Source: Escherichia coli (lineage in GTDB: Bacteria; Pseudomonadota; Gammaproteobacteria; Enterobacterales; Enterobacteriaceae). Taken from it: a stretch of 64,000 nt of DNA. The first letter of the stretch is position 1; every line of letters starts with the position of its first letter. Where the stretch lies: NCBI RefSeq assembly GCF_003334335.1, contig NZ_QOWQ01000002.1. One strand, written 5' to 3'. The notes beneath the pieces are model-generated. The model was not told the DNA's origin, made no database searches, and worked only from the letters and a program-made list of their open reading frames with translations. Below, piece by piece: positions 36,815 to 54,369 of the stretch. The position numbers and the translations under genes are program-made.

Positions 36815-39442
36815 ATGAGCGACCTTGCGAGAGAAATTACACCGGTCAACATTGAGGAAGAGCTGAAGAGCTCCTATCTGGATTATGCGATGTCGGTCAT
36901 TGTTGGCCGTGCGCTGCCAGATGTCCGAGATGGCCTGAAGCCGGTACACCGTCGCGTACTTTACGCCATGAACGTACTAGGCAATGACTGGAACAAAGCC
37001 TATAAAAAATCTGCCCGTGTCGTTGGTGACGTAATCGGTAAATACCATCCCCATGGTGACTCGGCGGTCTATGACACGATCGTCCGCATGGCGCAGCCAT
37101 TCTCGCTGCGTTATATGCTGGTAGACGGTCAGGGTAACTTCGGTTCTATCGACGGCGACTCTGCGGCGGCAATGCGTTATACGGAAATCCGTCTGGCGAA
37201 AATTGCCCATGAACTGATGGCCGATCTCGAAAAAGAGACGGTCGATTTCGTTGATAACTATGACGGCACGGAAAAAATTCCGGACGTCATGCCAACCAAA
37301 ATTCCTAACCTGCTGGTGAACGGTTCTTCCGGTATCGCCGTAGGTATGGCAACCAACATCCCGCCGCACAACCTGACGGAAGTCATCAACGGTTGTCTGG
37401 CGTATATTGATGATGAAGACATCAGCATTGAAGGGCTGATGGAACACATCCCGGGGCCGGACTTCCCGACGGCGGCAATCATTAACGGTCGTCGCGGTAT
37501 TGAAGAAGCTTACCGTACCGGTCGCGGCAAGGTGTATATCCGCGCTCGCGCAGAAGTGGAAGTTGACGCCAAAACCGGTCGTGAAACCATTATCGTCCAC
37601 GAAATTCCGTATCAGGTAAACAAAGCGCGCCTGATCGAGAAGATTGCGGAACTGGTAAAAGAAAAACGCGTGGAAGGCATCAGCGCGCTGCGTGACGAGT
37701 CTGACAAAGACGGTATGCGCATCGTGATTGAAGTGAAACGCGATGCGGTCGGTGAAGTTGTGCTCAACAACCTCTACTCCCAGACCCAGTTGCAGGTTTC
37801 TTTCGGTATCAACATGGTGGCATTGCACCATGGTCAGCCGAAGATCATGAACCTGAAAGACATCATCGCGGCGTTTGTTCGTCACCGCCGTGAAGTGGTG
37901 ACCCGTCGTACTATTTTCGAACTGCGTAAAGCTCGCGATCGTGCTCATATCCTTGAAGCATTAGCCGTGGCGCTGGCGAACATCGACCCGATCATCGAAC
38001 TGATCCGTCATGCGCCGACGCCTGCAGAAGCGAAAACTGCGCTGGTTGCTAATCCGTGGCAGCTGGGCAACGTTGCCGCGATGCTCGAACGTGCTGGCGA
38101 CGATGCTGCGCGTCCGGAATGGCTGGAGCCAGAGTTCGGCGTGCGTGATGGTCTGTACTACCTGACCGAACAGCAAGCTCAGGCGATTCTGGATCTGCGT
38201 TTGCAGAAACTGACCGGTCTTGAGCACGAAAAACTGCTCGACGAATACAAAGAGCTGCTGGATCAGATCGCGGAACTGTTGCGTATTCTTGGTAGCGCCG
38301 ATCGTCTGATGGAAGTGATCCGTGAAGAGCTGGAGCTGGTTCGTGAACAGTTCGGTGACAAACGTCGTACTGAAATCACCGCCAACAGCGCAGACATCAA
38401 CCTGGAAGATCTGATCACCCAGGAAGATGTGGTCGTGACGCTCTCTCACCAGGGCTACGTTAAGTATCAGCCGCTTTCTGAATACGAAGCGCAGCGTCGT
38501 GGCGGGAAAGGTAAATCTGCCGCACGTATTAAAGAAGAAGACTTTATCGACCGACTGCTGGTGGCGAACACTCACGACCATATTCTGTGCTTCTCCAGCC
38601 GTGGTCGCGTCTATTCGATGAAAGTTTATCAGTTGCCGGAAGCCACTCGTGGCGCGCGCGGTCGTCCGATCGTCAACCTGCTGCCGCTGGAGCAGGACGA
38701 ACGTATCACTGCGATCCTGCCAGTGACCGAGTTTGAAGAAGGCGTGAAAGTCTTCATGGCGACCGCTAACGGTACCGTGAAGAAAACTGTCCTCACCGAG
38801 TTCAACCGTCTGCGTACCGCCGGTAAAGTGGCGATCAAACTGGTTGACGGCGATGAGCTGATCGGCGTTGACCTGACCAGCGGCGAAGACGAAGTAATGC
38901 TGTTCTCCGCTGAAGGTAAAGTGGTGCGCTTTAAAGAGTCTTCTGTCCGTGCGATGGGCTGCAACACCACCGGTGTTCGCGGTATTCGCTTAGGTGAAGG
39001 CGATAAAGTCGTCTCTCTGATCGTGCCTCGTGGCGATGGCGCAATCCTCACCGCAACGCAAAACGGTTACGGTAAACGTACCGCAGTGGCGGAATACCCA
39101 ACCAAGTCGCGTGCGACGAAAGGGGTTATCTCCATCAAGGTTACCGAACGTAACGGTTTAGTTGTTGGCGCGGTACAGGTAGATGACTGCGACCAGATCA
39201 TGATGATCACCGATGCCGGTACGCTGGTACGTACTCGCGTTTCGGAAATCAGCATCGTGGGCCGTAACACCCAGGGCGTGATCCTCATCCGTACTGCGGA
39301 AGATGAAAACGTAGTGGGTCTGCAACGTGTTGCTGAACCGGTTGACGAGGAAGATCTGGATACCATCGACGGCAGTGCCGCGGAAGGGGACGATGAAATC
39401 GCTCCGGAAGTGGACGTTGACGACGAGCCAGAAGAAGAATAA
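36815..39442 (+). CDS. gyrA: DNA gyrase subunit A
   Basis: 875-aa ORF; active-site and quinolone-resistance-determining region ...[17 protein letters not shown]; acidic C-terminal tail. Confidence 0.98.
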
Positions 39443-39461
39443 TTTTACTTCTTCATGCCAA

Positions 39462-39484
39462 AAGGGAGCTATCTCCCTTGTTTG
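39462..39484 (+). terminator. Putative terminator hairpin downstream of gyrA
   Basis: AAGGGAG-ctat-CTCCCTT stem followed by GTTTG; weak T-run. Confidence 0.4.
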
Positions 39485-39590
39485 AATTGAAAAGTCCAGG
39501 CTGCAAAGTCTGGGCTTTTGTCGTATTAGGGCACGGTAAAGTTTGGCTGTGCCCGTAAAAAATGGCTGGCTATACACAAGGAATGTGGCA

Positions 39591-46437
<6,847 letters not shown>

Positions 46438-48087
46438 GTGAACTGGCGCAGAATCGTCTGGCTATTGGCGTTGGTTACTCTGCCAACACTTGCGGAGGAG
46501 ACGCCGTTACAACTGGTGCTGCGCGGTGCGCAGCACGATCAACTGTATCAGCTGTCGTCATCAGGCGTGACCAAAGTCTCAGCATTACCTGACTCGCTCA
46601 CCACGCCGTTAGGGAGTTTGTGGAAACTGTATGTTTACGCCTGGCTGGAGGATACCCATCAACCGGAGCAGCCCTACCAGTGTCGCGGAAACTCCCCGGA
46701 AGAGGTTTATTGTTGTCAGGCTGGGGAGAGCATAACGCGCGATACCGCGCTGGTACGTTCCTGTGGGCTCTATTTTGCGCCGCAGCGGTTGCATATTGGC
46801 GCAGATGTGTGGGGGCAATACTGGCAACAGCGTCAGGCACCTGCGTGGTTAGCGTCTCTGACTACGCTGAAGCCAGAAACCTCGGTAACGGTTAAATCGC
46901 TGCTTGATTCATTAGCGACGTTACCCGCGCAAAACAAAGCTCAGGAAGTCTTACTGGATGTGGTGCTGGACGAGGCGAAAATCGGTGTCGCATCCATGCT
47001 CGGTAGTCGGGTACGGGTGAAAACCTGGAGCTGGTTTGCCGATGATAAACAGGAAATCCGTCAGGGTGGTTTTGCTGGCTGGTTAACCGATGGTACACCG
47101 CTGTGGGTTACTGGCAGTGGCACCAGCAAAACGGTACTAACCCGTTATGCGACGGTGCTTAATCGGGTTTTGCCAGTGCCGACGCAGGTTGCCAGTGGGC
47201 AATGTGTAGAGGTGGAGCTGTTTGCCCGCTATCCGCTGAAGAAAATCACAGCGGAAAAGAGTACGACGGCAGTAAATCCCGGCGTACTTAATGGGCGCTA
47301 TCGTGTGACGTTTACTAATGGTAACCACATTACGTTTGTCAGCCACGGTGAGACGACCTTACTGAGCGAAAAGGGCAAACTGAAATTGCAGTCGCATCTC
47401 GATCGTGAAGAGTACGTTGCCAGAGTTCTGGATCGCGAGGCGAAAAGTACGCCCCCTGAGGCAGCGAAAGCCATGACCGTGGCGATTCGCACTTTTTTAC
47501 AGCAAAACGCCAATCGGGAAGGCGATTGCCTGACCATCCCCGACAGCAGCGCCACGCAGCGTGTTTCTGCTTCGCCAGCGACCACGGGGGCGCGAACGAT
47601 GACCGCCTGGACGCAGGATCTCATCTATGCAGGCGATCCGGTTCATTATCATGGCAGTCGCGCTACCGAAGGGACACTTTTCTGGCGGCAAGCCACGGCC
47701 CAGGCGGGGCAGGGAGAGCGTTACGATCAGATACTCGCGTTTGCTTATCCCGACAACAGTCTTAGCCGCTGGGGAGCGCCACGCTCAACCTGCCAGTTAT
47801 TACCCAAAGCGAAAGCCTGGCTGGCGAAAAAAATGCCGCAGTGGCGGCGTATATTACAAGCTGAGACGGGGTACAACGAACCAGACGTGTTTGCGGTTTG
47901 CCGTTTAGTCTCAGGTTTCCCCTATACCGATCGGCAGCAGAAACGGCTGTTTATTCGTAACTTCTTTACGCTTCAGGATCGGCTGGATTTAACCCATGAG
48001 TATCTGCACCTGGCCTTTGATGGTTATCCCACCGGGCTTGATGAGAACTATATCGAAACGCTGACCCGACAATTATTAATGGACTAA
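46438..48087 (+). CDS. yfaQ: DUF2300-family secreted protein (A2M-cluster component)
   Basis: 549-aa ORF; GTG start immediately after the yfaS stop; signal peptide MNWRRIVWLLALVTLPTLA. Confidence 0.85.
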   Translation: MNWRRIVWLLALVTLPTLAEETPLQLVLRGAQHDQLYQLSSSGVTKVSALPDSLTTPLGSLWKLYVYAWLEDTHQPEQPYQCRGNSPEEVYCCQAGESITRDTALVRSCGLYFAPQRLHIGADVWGQYWQQRQAPAWLASLTTLKPETSVTVKSLLDSLATLPAQNKAQEVLLDVVLDEAKIGVASMLGSRVRVKTWSWFADDKQEIRQGGFAGWLTDGTPLWVTGSGTSKTVLTRYATVLNRVLPVPTQVASGQCVEVELFARYPLKKITAEKSTTAVNPGVLNGRYRVTFTNGNHITFVSHGETTLLSEKGKLKLQSHLDREEYVARVLDREAKSTPPEAAKAMTVAIRTFLQQNANREGDCLTIPDSSATQRVSASPATTGARTMTAWTQDLIYAGDPVHYHGSRATEGTLFWRQATAQAGQGERYDQILAFAYPDNSLSRWGAPRSTCQLLPKAKAWLAKKMPQWRRILQAETGYNEPDVFAVCRLVSGFPYTDRQQKRLFIRNFFTLQDRLDLTHEYLHLAFDGYPTGLDENYIETLTRQLLMD

Positions 48088-48091
48088 TGCT

Positions 48092-48868
48092 ATGCGAAAG
48101 ATTTTTCTTCCGTTGTTACTGGTGGCGCTTTCGCCTGTCGCTCACAGTGAAGGTGTGCAGGAAGTCGAGATTGATGCACCGCTCTCAGGCTGGCATCCGG
48201 CAGAGGGCGAAGATGCCAGTTTTTCACAATCGATCAATTACCCGGCGTCGTCCGTCAACATGGCAGATGATCAAAATATCTCAGCGCAGATCCGCGGCAA
48301 AATAAAGAATTATGCTGCGGCGGGTAAAGTTCAGCAGGGCCGGCTGGTGGTCAACGGTGCCAGTATGCCGCAGAGAATTGAATCCGATGGTTCATTTGCA
48401 CGCCCTTATATTTTCACTGAAGGCAGCAACAGCGTGCAGGTCATCAGCCCGGATGGGCAAAGCCGACAAAAAATGCAGTTTTACTCAACGCCGGGTACAG
48501 GAACGATTCGTGCACGTTTACGGCTGGTTCTCTCGTGGGATACGGACAATACCGACCTCGACCTTCACGTTGTTACGCCCGATGGCGAACACGCCTGGTA
48601 CGGTAACACCGTGCTGAAAAACAGTGGTGCACTGGATATGGATGTCACGACGGGGTACGGACCCGAGATTTTCGCCATGCCCGCGCCAATTCACGGGCGC
48701 TATCAGGTGTATATCAACTACTATGGTGGGCGCAGCGAAACGGAATTAACCACCGCCCAACTGACGCTGATCACCGATGAAGGATCGGTCAATGAGAAAC
48801 AGGAAACATTTATTGTACCGATGCGTAATGCTGGCGAGCTGACGCTGGTGAAAAGTTTTGACTGGTGA
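48092..48868 (+). CDS. yfaP: DUF2135-family secreted protein (A2M-cluster component)
   Basis: 258-aa ORF 4 nt after yfaQ; signal peptide MRKIFLPLLLVALSPVAHS. Confidence 0.85.
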   Translation: MRKIFLPLLLVALSPVAHSEGVQEVEIDAPLSGWHPAEGEDASFSQSINYPASSVNMADDQNISAQIRGKIKNYAAAGKVQQGRLVVNGASMPQRIESDGSFARPYIFTEGSNSVQVISPDGQSRQKMQFYSTPGTGTIRARLRLVLSWDTDNTDLDLHVVTPDGEHAWYGNTVLKNSGALDMDVTTGYGPEIFAMPAPIHGRYQVYINYYGGRSETELTTAQLTLITDEGSVNEKQETFIVPMRNAGELTLVKSFDW

Positions 48869-48905
48869 TTAATGGGGTTACCTTCGCCGTCGATGTTCAA
48901 GAAAA

Positions 48906-48938
48906 CACCCGATAACTTTCGCTATCGGGTGTTTTTAT
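48906..48938. terminator. Bidirectional rho-independent terminator between convergent yfaP and atoB
   Basis: CACCCGATA-(loop)-TATCGGGTG stem flanked by AAAA upstream and TTTTT downstream. Confidence 0.75.
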
Positions 48939-48941
48939 TGA

Positions 48942-50126
48942 TTAATTCAACCGTTCAATCACCATCGCAATTCCCTGACCGCCGCCAATGCACAGTGTTG
49001 CCAGCCCCAGCGTTTTATCGCGTGCCTGCATGGCATGTAATAGTGTGACCAGAATACGAGCACCACTGGCACCGATAGGATGCCCGAGCGCGATGGCCCC
49101 GCCGTTGACATTCACTTTCTCAGAATCAAAGCCCAGGTTTTTCCCAACGGCAAGGAACTGTGCAGCAAATGCTTCATTAGCCTCAATGAGATCAATATCC
49201 GCCAGTTGCAGCCCCGCCAGTTGTAACGCTTTTTGCGTGGCAGGTACTGGCCCCATACCCATCAATGCGGGGGGCACGCCACCGCTGGCATAACTTTTAA
49301 TGCGAGCCAGGGGGGTAAGGCCTGCTGCCAGCGCCGCAGATTCTTCCATAATCACCAGAGCGGCAGCACCGTCGTTAATACCAGACGCGTTCCCAGCGGT
49401 GACTGTTCCTGCTTTATCGAAGGCCGGGCGCAATGCACCTAACGCTTCAGCCGTTGAATTCGCTTTCGGGAATTCGTCTTGACTGAAGACGAAGGTTTTC
49501 TTTCGAGTGACAACATTTACCGGGACGATTTCGGCTGTAAAAGCACCGGACTCAATTGCGGCTGCCGCTTTACGCTGTGAATGTAGCGCCAGTTCATCCT
49601 GCATTTCACGGGTAATTCCGTACTCTTTAGCCACGTTTTCGGCGGTAATCCCCATATGATAACCATGGGTGGCGCACATCAGGCCATCGCGCAGGATTAC
49701 GTCATAAACCTGTCCGTCTCCAAGACGATAACCAGAGCGTGCTTTTGCATCGAGTAAGTAGGGGGCTAAACTCATATTTTCCATACCCCCCGCCACAATG
49801 CTCTGCGCCTGACCTGCCTGAATGGCCTGGGCGGCAAGCGCCACACTTTTAAGACCCGAACCACATACTTTATTGACCGTGAATCCGCACACCGTTTCTG
49901 CCAGCCCGCTTTTTAACAGTGCCTGACGCGCCGGATTTTGCCCCAGCCCGGCTTGTAACACGTTACCCATAATCACTTCATCAACGTGTTGTGAATCGAT
50001 TTTTGCACGTTCAATGGCGGCTTTAATTACTGTCGCCCCCAGGTCGATGGCGCTGGTGGAAGCGAGTGAACCGTTAAAACTACCGATAGCAGTACGTACC
50101 GCACTGACGATGACACAATTTTTCAT
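48942..50126 (-). CDS. atoB: Acetyl-CoA acetyltransferase (thiolase II)
   Basis: 394-aa thiolase ORF ([17 protein letters not shown]...). Confidence 0.96.
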   Translation of the reverse strand: MKNCVIVSAVRTAIGSFNGSLASTSAIDLGATVIKAAIERAKIDSQHVDEVIMGNVLQAGLGQNPARQALLKSGLAETVCGFTVNKVCGSGLKSVALAAQAIQAGQAQSIVAGGMENMSLAPYLLDAKARSGYRLGDGQVYDVILRDGLMCATHGYHMGITAENVAKEYGITREMQDELALHSQRKAAAAIESGAFTAEIVPVNVVTRKKTFVFSQDEFPKANSTAEALGALRPAFDKAGTVTAGNASGINDGAAALVIMEESAALAAGLTPLARIKSYASGGVPPALMGMGPVPATQKALQLAGLQLADIDLIEANEAFAAQFLAVGKNLGFDSEKVNVNGGAIALGHPIGASGARILVTLLHAMQARDKTLGLATLCIGGGQGIAMVIERLN

Positions 50127-50156
50127 TTTATATTCCTTCTGTTTGTAGGGGTGCCG

Positions 50157-51479
50157 TCAGAACAGCGTTAAACCAATGACGAAAATGACACCGGAGAAGA
50201 GCAGGGCAGTGATGCAGTAGCCCATGATGTCGCGGACACCGAGTCCGGCGATTGCCAGTGCTGGCAGCGCCCAGAATGGTTGTGCCATGTTCATCCATTG
50301 CTCGCCGTAGGCGATCGCCATTACCGATTTACCGAGATCAGCGCCCAGCGCCTGGGCTGCGGGTATCACGAAAGGTCCCTGAATAACCCAGTGACCGCCG
50401 CCAGACGGAACGGCGAAGTTAATCAGTGCAGAACTAAAAAAGGTCATTACCGGGAAGGTGTCTTTGTTCGCAACATTGATGAAGAATTCGGTAATGAGTC
50501 CGCCCAGACCGGAATGCTCCATCATCAGTTGGATCCCAGCGTAGAAGGGGAATTGCACCAGAATACCGGCAGTACTGCGTGCTGCCGCGCTGATAGCACG
50601 CATATAAGCCATTGGCGTTTTATGTAGCAGCAGACCCGCAATCATAAACATCAGGTTGACGGTATTGATGGTGATGTTGAAGCCATGTTCGCTGAAGTAC
50701 ATCGCAAGGTAAGCGATACCGAGTGCGCCGATGATCAACGTCAGAATGCGGCTTTCTTCCAGTCGCTCGGATGGTGGGGCATCTTTCGGTAGCTGCTTTT
50801 GAAAATCAGCCTCTTCCATGAGTAGTTTTGGATCGATACTCACCACGTCAGACGGTTTTGGCATCATCATGCGGGTGATAAATGGCATCACCACAATCAA
50901 CGCCACAGTGATGAAAATGTTAAAACCACTGAACAGAGTATCGCCCACCGGGATCAGCCCGGCGATATGCTCAACCGGGTTGCCCGGTGTTGCAGCCAAC
51001 AGAGGCATTGATCCAGAGAAGCCGCCACCCCAGGTGAGAAAACCAATGTAGGCGCAGGCAATGAGCAACGGATAATCAGAACCGGGGACTCGCCGGGCGA
51101 CTTCACGGGCAAACATTGCGCCGACAACCAAACCAAATCCCCAGTTGATGACACAAGCGACTGAACCGAAGAAAGTGACCAGCATGACGCCCTGTACGGG
51201 CGTCTTTGCGGCGGAGGCGGCAGTACGCAGCAAACTTTTCACCGGAGCAGAGCTGGCAAGGGCATGACCGGTAACGATGATAAGCGCCATCTGCATACCA
51301 AACGCCAGCAAGTTCCAGAAACCGTCACCCCACATTTTCACCATGCTGATCGGCGTTTGTGGTGTTAACCAAAGCGCGATCACGAATGTTAGCAATGTCA
51401 GCAACATGGCAAAGATCAGTGGATCGGGAAGCCACCGGCTGACAAAACGCGTCATAAAACGCGATATGCGACCAATCAT
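50157..51479 (-). CDS. atoE: Short-chain fatty acid transporter
   Basis: 440-aa polytopic membrane ORF in the ato operon position. Confidence 0.93.
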   Translation of the reverse strand: MIGRISRFMTRFVSRWLPDPLIFAMLLTLLTFVIALWLTPQTPISMVKMWGDGFWNLLAFGMQMALIIVTGHALASSAPVKSLLRTAASAAKTPVQGVMLVTFFGSVACVINWGFGLVVGAMFAREVARRVPGSDYPLLIACAYIGFLTWGGGFSGSMPLLAATPGNPVEHIAGLIPVGDTLFSGFNIFITVALIVVMPFITRMMMPKPSDVVSIDPKLLMEEADFQKQLPKDAPPSERLEESRILTLIIGALGIAYLAMYFSEHGFNITINTVNLMFMIAGLLLHKTPMAYMRAISAAARSTAGILVQFPFYAGIQLMMEHSGLGGLITEFFINVANKDTFPVMTFFSSALINFAVPSGGGHWVIQGPFVIPAAQALGADLGKSVMAIAYGEQWMNMAQPFWALPALAIAGLGVRDIMGYCITALLFSGVIFVIGLTLF

Positions 51480-52126
51480 AAATCACCCCGTTGCGTATTC
51501 AGATCGGCGGCGACTTCAAACCGAGCTTCTGTTTTGGCACGCACGGTGGCTAAATCACACCCGTCGGCAATTTCGGTGAGCCACATTTTGCCGTCAATAA
51601 AACGAAAGACAGCCAGTTCAGTAACCAGCATATGCACCGCATGTTGCGCAGTGAGTGGCATGGTGCAGCGGCGCAAAATTTTTGCTGAACCATCTTTGGC
51701 GCAATGTTCCATGGCGATGATCACTTTGCGCGACCCGGTCACCAGATCCATCGCGCCACCCATACCGGGCACCATTTTCCCAGGCACTACCCAGTTCGCG
51801 AGGTTTGCTTCTTCGTCTACTTGCAAACCGCCGAGCACGCAGGCATCAATATGACCGCCACGGATTAGCGCAAATGACATGGCGCTATCAAACATGGCTG
51901 CACCGGGTAAAACACCGCACGGTTGCCCGCCAGCGTTCACCAGATCTGGATGCGCTGTCGTGACCGGGCCTAAACCGAGGAAGCCGTTTTCCGATTGCAG
52001 AGTGATATGAATACCCTCCGGTAAATAATTGGCGACCATTGTGGGTAAACCGATCCCTAAGTTAACGATGTCACCATCACGAAGCTCTTGCGCCACACGG
52101 CGCGCAATACGTTGTTTCGCATCCAT
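51476..52126 (-). CDS. atoA: Acetate CoA-transferase beta subunit
   Basis: 216-aa ORF, CoA-transferase family I beta subunit. Confidence 0.95.
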   Translation of the reverse strand: MDAKQRIARRVAQELRDGDIVNLGIGLPTMVANYLPEGIHITLQSENGFLGLGPVTTAHPDLVNAGGQPCGVLPGAAMFDSAMSFALIRGGHIDACVLGGLQVDEEANLANWVVPGKMVPGMGGAMDLVTGSRKVIIAMEHCAKDGSAKILRRCTMPLTAQHAVHMLVTELAVFRFIDGKMWLTEIADGCDLATVRAKTEARFEVAADLNTQRGDL

Positions 52127-52788
52127 TATTTGCTCTCCTGTGAAACGATGATGTAGTCGATAACGGCACCAGGGGTGACAATATGGTCAGGTTGCAGCTC
52201 GCCGGTTTCGACCAGTTCATCTGGCTCTACCAGCGTGATATCAGCCGCAAGGGCTATCAGGGGGTTAAAGTTGCGGGCGCTAAGTTGATAGGTCAGGTTG
52301 CCAAGTGTGTCGCAACGATGAGCGCGAATTAGCGCCAGGTCGGCGCGCAGTGGGCGTTCGAGCAGCCAGGTTTTACCGTCGAGTGTCAGTGTCTGTTTGC
52401 CTTCCTCTACGACGGTGCCGACACCCGTTGGGGTGAGAAAACCACCAAGTCCAGCTCCACCACAGCGAATTTGCTCGATTAGCGTACCTTGCGGCACCAG
52501 AACGACGTCCATCTCACCAGATATCATGCGCCGACCTGTTTCCGGGTTGGTGCCGATATGTGAAGCAATCACTTTGCGGACTCGACCATTGACGATGAGC
52601 GGACCGATGCCGGTATCAACAAACGCGGTATCATTGGCTATCAATGTCAGGTCGCGAACACCAGATTCCAGTAATGCTTCAACCAGGCGGGATGGAGTGC
52701 CAATCCCCATAAATCCGCCCACCATGATGGTCATGCCGTCACGAAAGAAGCCGGTGGCGTCTTGTAATGTCATCAATTTTGTTTTCAT
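52126..52788 (-). CDS. atoD: Acetate CoA-transferase alpha subunit
   Basis: 220-aa ORF, CoA-transferase family I alpha subunit. Confidence 0.95.
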   Translation of the reverse strand: MKTKLMTLQDATGFFRDGMTIMVGGFMGIGTPSRLVEALLESGVRDLTLIANDTAFVDTGIGPLIVNGRVRKVIASHIGTNPETGRRMISGEMDVVLVPQGTLIEQIRCGGAGLGGFLTPTGVGTVVEEGKQTLTLDGKTWLLERPLRADLALIRAHRCDTLGNLTYQLSARNFNPLIALAADITLVEPDELVETGELQPDHIVTPGAVIDYIIVSQESK

Positions 52789-52833
52789 TTTTTATCCCTC
52801 TTGCATACACCGTTGTGGGTACAGTCAGGCAAT

Positions 52834-52849
52834 AGCAAGGGGAGTGCCA
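52834..52849 (-). promoter_or_regulatory. Sigma-54 promoter of atoDAEB (TGGCAC-tcccc-TTGCT)
   Basis: Exact -24 GG / -12 GC elements with canonical spacing on the atoD strand, about 45 bp upstream of the atoD ATG. Confidence 0.8.
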
Positions 52850-52931
52850 GAATGAGATTATTGGATTTAGTTATTTAACTAATTGAATATGAAGGGATAA
52901 ATTGGATGGGGATTTATAAGGAGAATGAGCG

Positions 52932-52972
52932 GCTATGCAGAAAATTGCGCACTGTGCAAATTTCTGCATAGC
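52932..52972. promoter_or_regulatory. AtoC enhancer site: 40-bp near-perfect inverted repeat
   Basis: GCTATGCAGAAAATTGCGCAC / TGTGCAAATTTCTGCATAGC, about 100 bp upstream of the sigma-54 promoter. Confidence 0.75.
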
Positions 52973-52983
52973 AAGTTTTGGTG

Positions 52984-54369
52984 TTATACATCCGCCGGAT
53001 CGATACCGTATTCCTGGAGTTTATACATCAATGCACGGCGACTGATGCCCAGCATTAAAGCAGTGCGGGTTCGGTTTCCTTCTTGTTGTTCCAGCACTTC
53101 CATAATGATGCGTTTTTCGACGCGTTTAATTTCCTCTTTTAAATTACGCTCACCGACAGGGGCTGTTTTTACCTCGCCAGCATTACAGACTGGCTGACGA
53201 ATCTGTGGCGGAAGATCCTCAGAAAAAATGATCGGGCCTGAATTCATCACGACGGCGCGTTCAATAACGTTGGAAAGCTCTCGAATATTTCCCGGCCATG
53301 ACCAGGCGGTAAGCAGTGACATTGCCATCGGATCGATGTCGATAATATCGCGCTGATTCTCACTACTGAATTTTTGCAAAAAGTGATTAGCTAACAGGGA
53401 AATATCTTCCCGGCGATCGCGCAGAGGCGGCAGTATTAAATGAATAACGTTAAGGCGATAAAAGAGATCTTCACGGAAGGTGCCTTCTTTTACCATTGCC
53501 TGCAAGTCGCGGTTGGTGGCAGCAATGATGCGGATATCAACTTTTATGGTCTGATGGCCGCCAATCCGTTCAAATTCCCGTTCCTGTAGAATGCGTAGTA
53601 ATTTGGCTTGTAGTACCAGCGGCATTTCGCCAATTTCGTCGAGGAGCAGAGTACCTTCGTTGGCTCGTTCAAATAATCCCTGACGCAAGGTTTGTGCACC
53701 AGTAAATGCACCTTTTTCATGACCAAACAGTTCACTTTCGAGCAACGATTCCGGCAGCGCCGCGCAGTTGACTTTAATGAACGGCCCCTTTGCCCGCCGC
53801 GAATTGTAGTGAATCGCTCTGGCAATCAACTCTTTCCCGGTGCCGCTTTCACCGCTAATCAAGACGCTGGCCTGAGAAAGGGCAATTTTGGCGGTGTCTT
53901 TGCAGATGTCCATCATCGCCGGGCTGTTGGTGAGAATGTGCCCCCATTGCCAGCTGGTGCTCAGTGCCTGGTGCAGATGACGGATCTCTTTTTTCATTGA
54001 CTGGAGTTGTAAAGCGCGCTGAACGATTAAATTCAACTCATCGAGATCAAACGGTTTAATAACATAGTCGAAGGCTCCGCAGCGTAGCGCTTCGACGGCG
54101 GTTTCCACTTCCGCATAGGCCGTCATCAGAATAACGGGTGTCCGGGTCTCATGGCTGCGCATCTCCTTTAGTGCCTTGATGCCGTCCATCTCTGGCATGC
54201 GGATATCCATCAACACCACATCAGGGTGAATATCGGCAAACAGGTGTAATGCTGTGCGTCCGTTGTTCGCACAATGTGTTTCGAATCCTTGTAGTGCAAA
54301 AGCGGTGCTCAGCATACGGCGAACATTATCTTCATCATCCACAATAAGGATGCGATTAATAGCAGTCAT
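52984..54369 (-). CDS. atoC: Sigma-54-dependent response regulator AtoC
   Basis: 461-aa ORF: receiver domain, AAA+ domain with GAFTGA, C-terminal HTH. Confidence 0.96.
   Translation of the reverse strand: MTAINRILIVDDEDNVRRMLSTAFALQGFETHCANNGRTALHLFADIHPDVVLMDIRMPEMDGIKALKEMRSHETRTPVILMTAYAEVETAVEALRCGAFDYVIKPFDLDELNLIVQRALQLQSMKKEIRHLHQALSTSWQWGHILTNSPAMMDICKDTAKIALSQASVLISGESGTGKELIARAIHYNSRRAKGPFIKVNCAALPESLLESELFGHEKGAFTGAQTLRQGLFERANEGTLLLDEIGEMPLVLQAKLLRILQEREFERIGGHQTIKVDIRIIAATNRDLQAMVKEGTFREDLFYRLNVIHLILPPLRDRREDISLLANHFLQKFSSENQRDIIDIDPMAMSLLTAWSWPGNIRELSNVIERAVVMNSGPIIFSEDLPPQIRQPVCNAGEVKTAPVGERNLKEEIKRVEKRIIMEVLEQQEGNRTRTALMLGISRRALMYKLQEYGIDPADV

Noticed and set aside
36977-37948. 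323-aa minus-strand ORF inside gyrA
   Set aside because: Antisense shadow of gyrA; no ribosome-binding site; composition typical of reverse-strand reading of a coding region.
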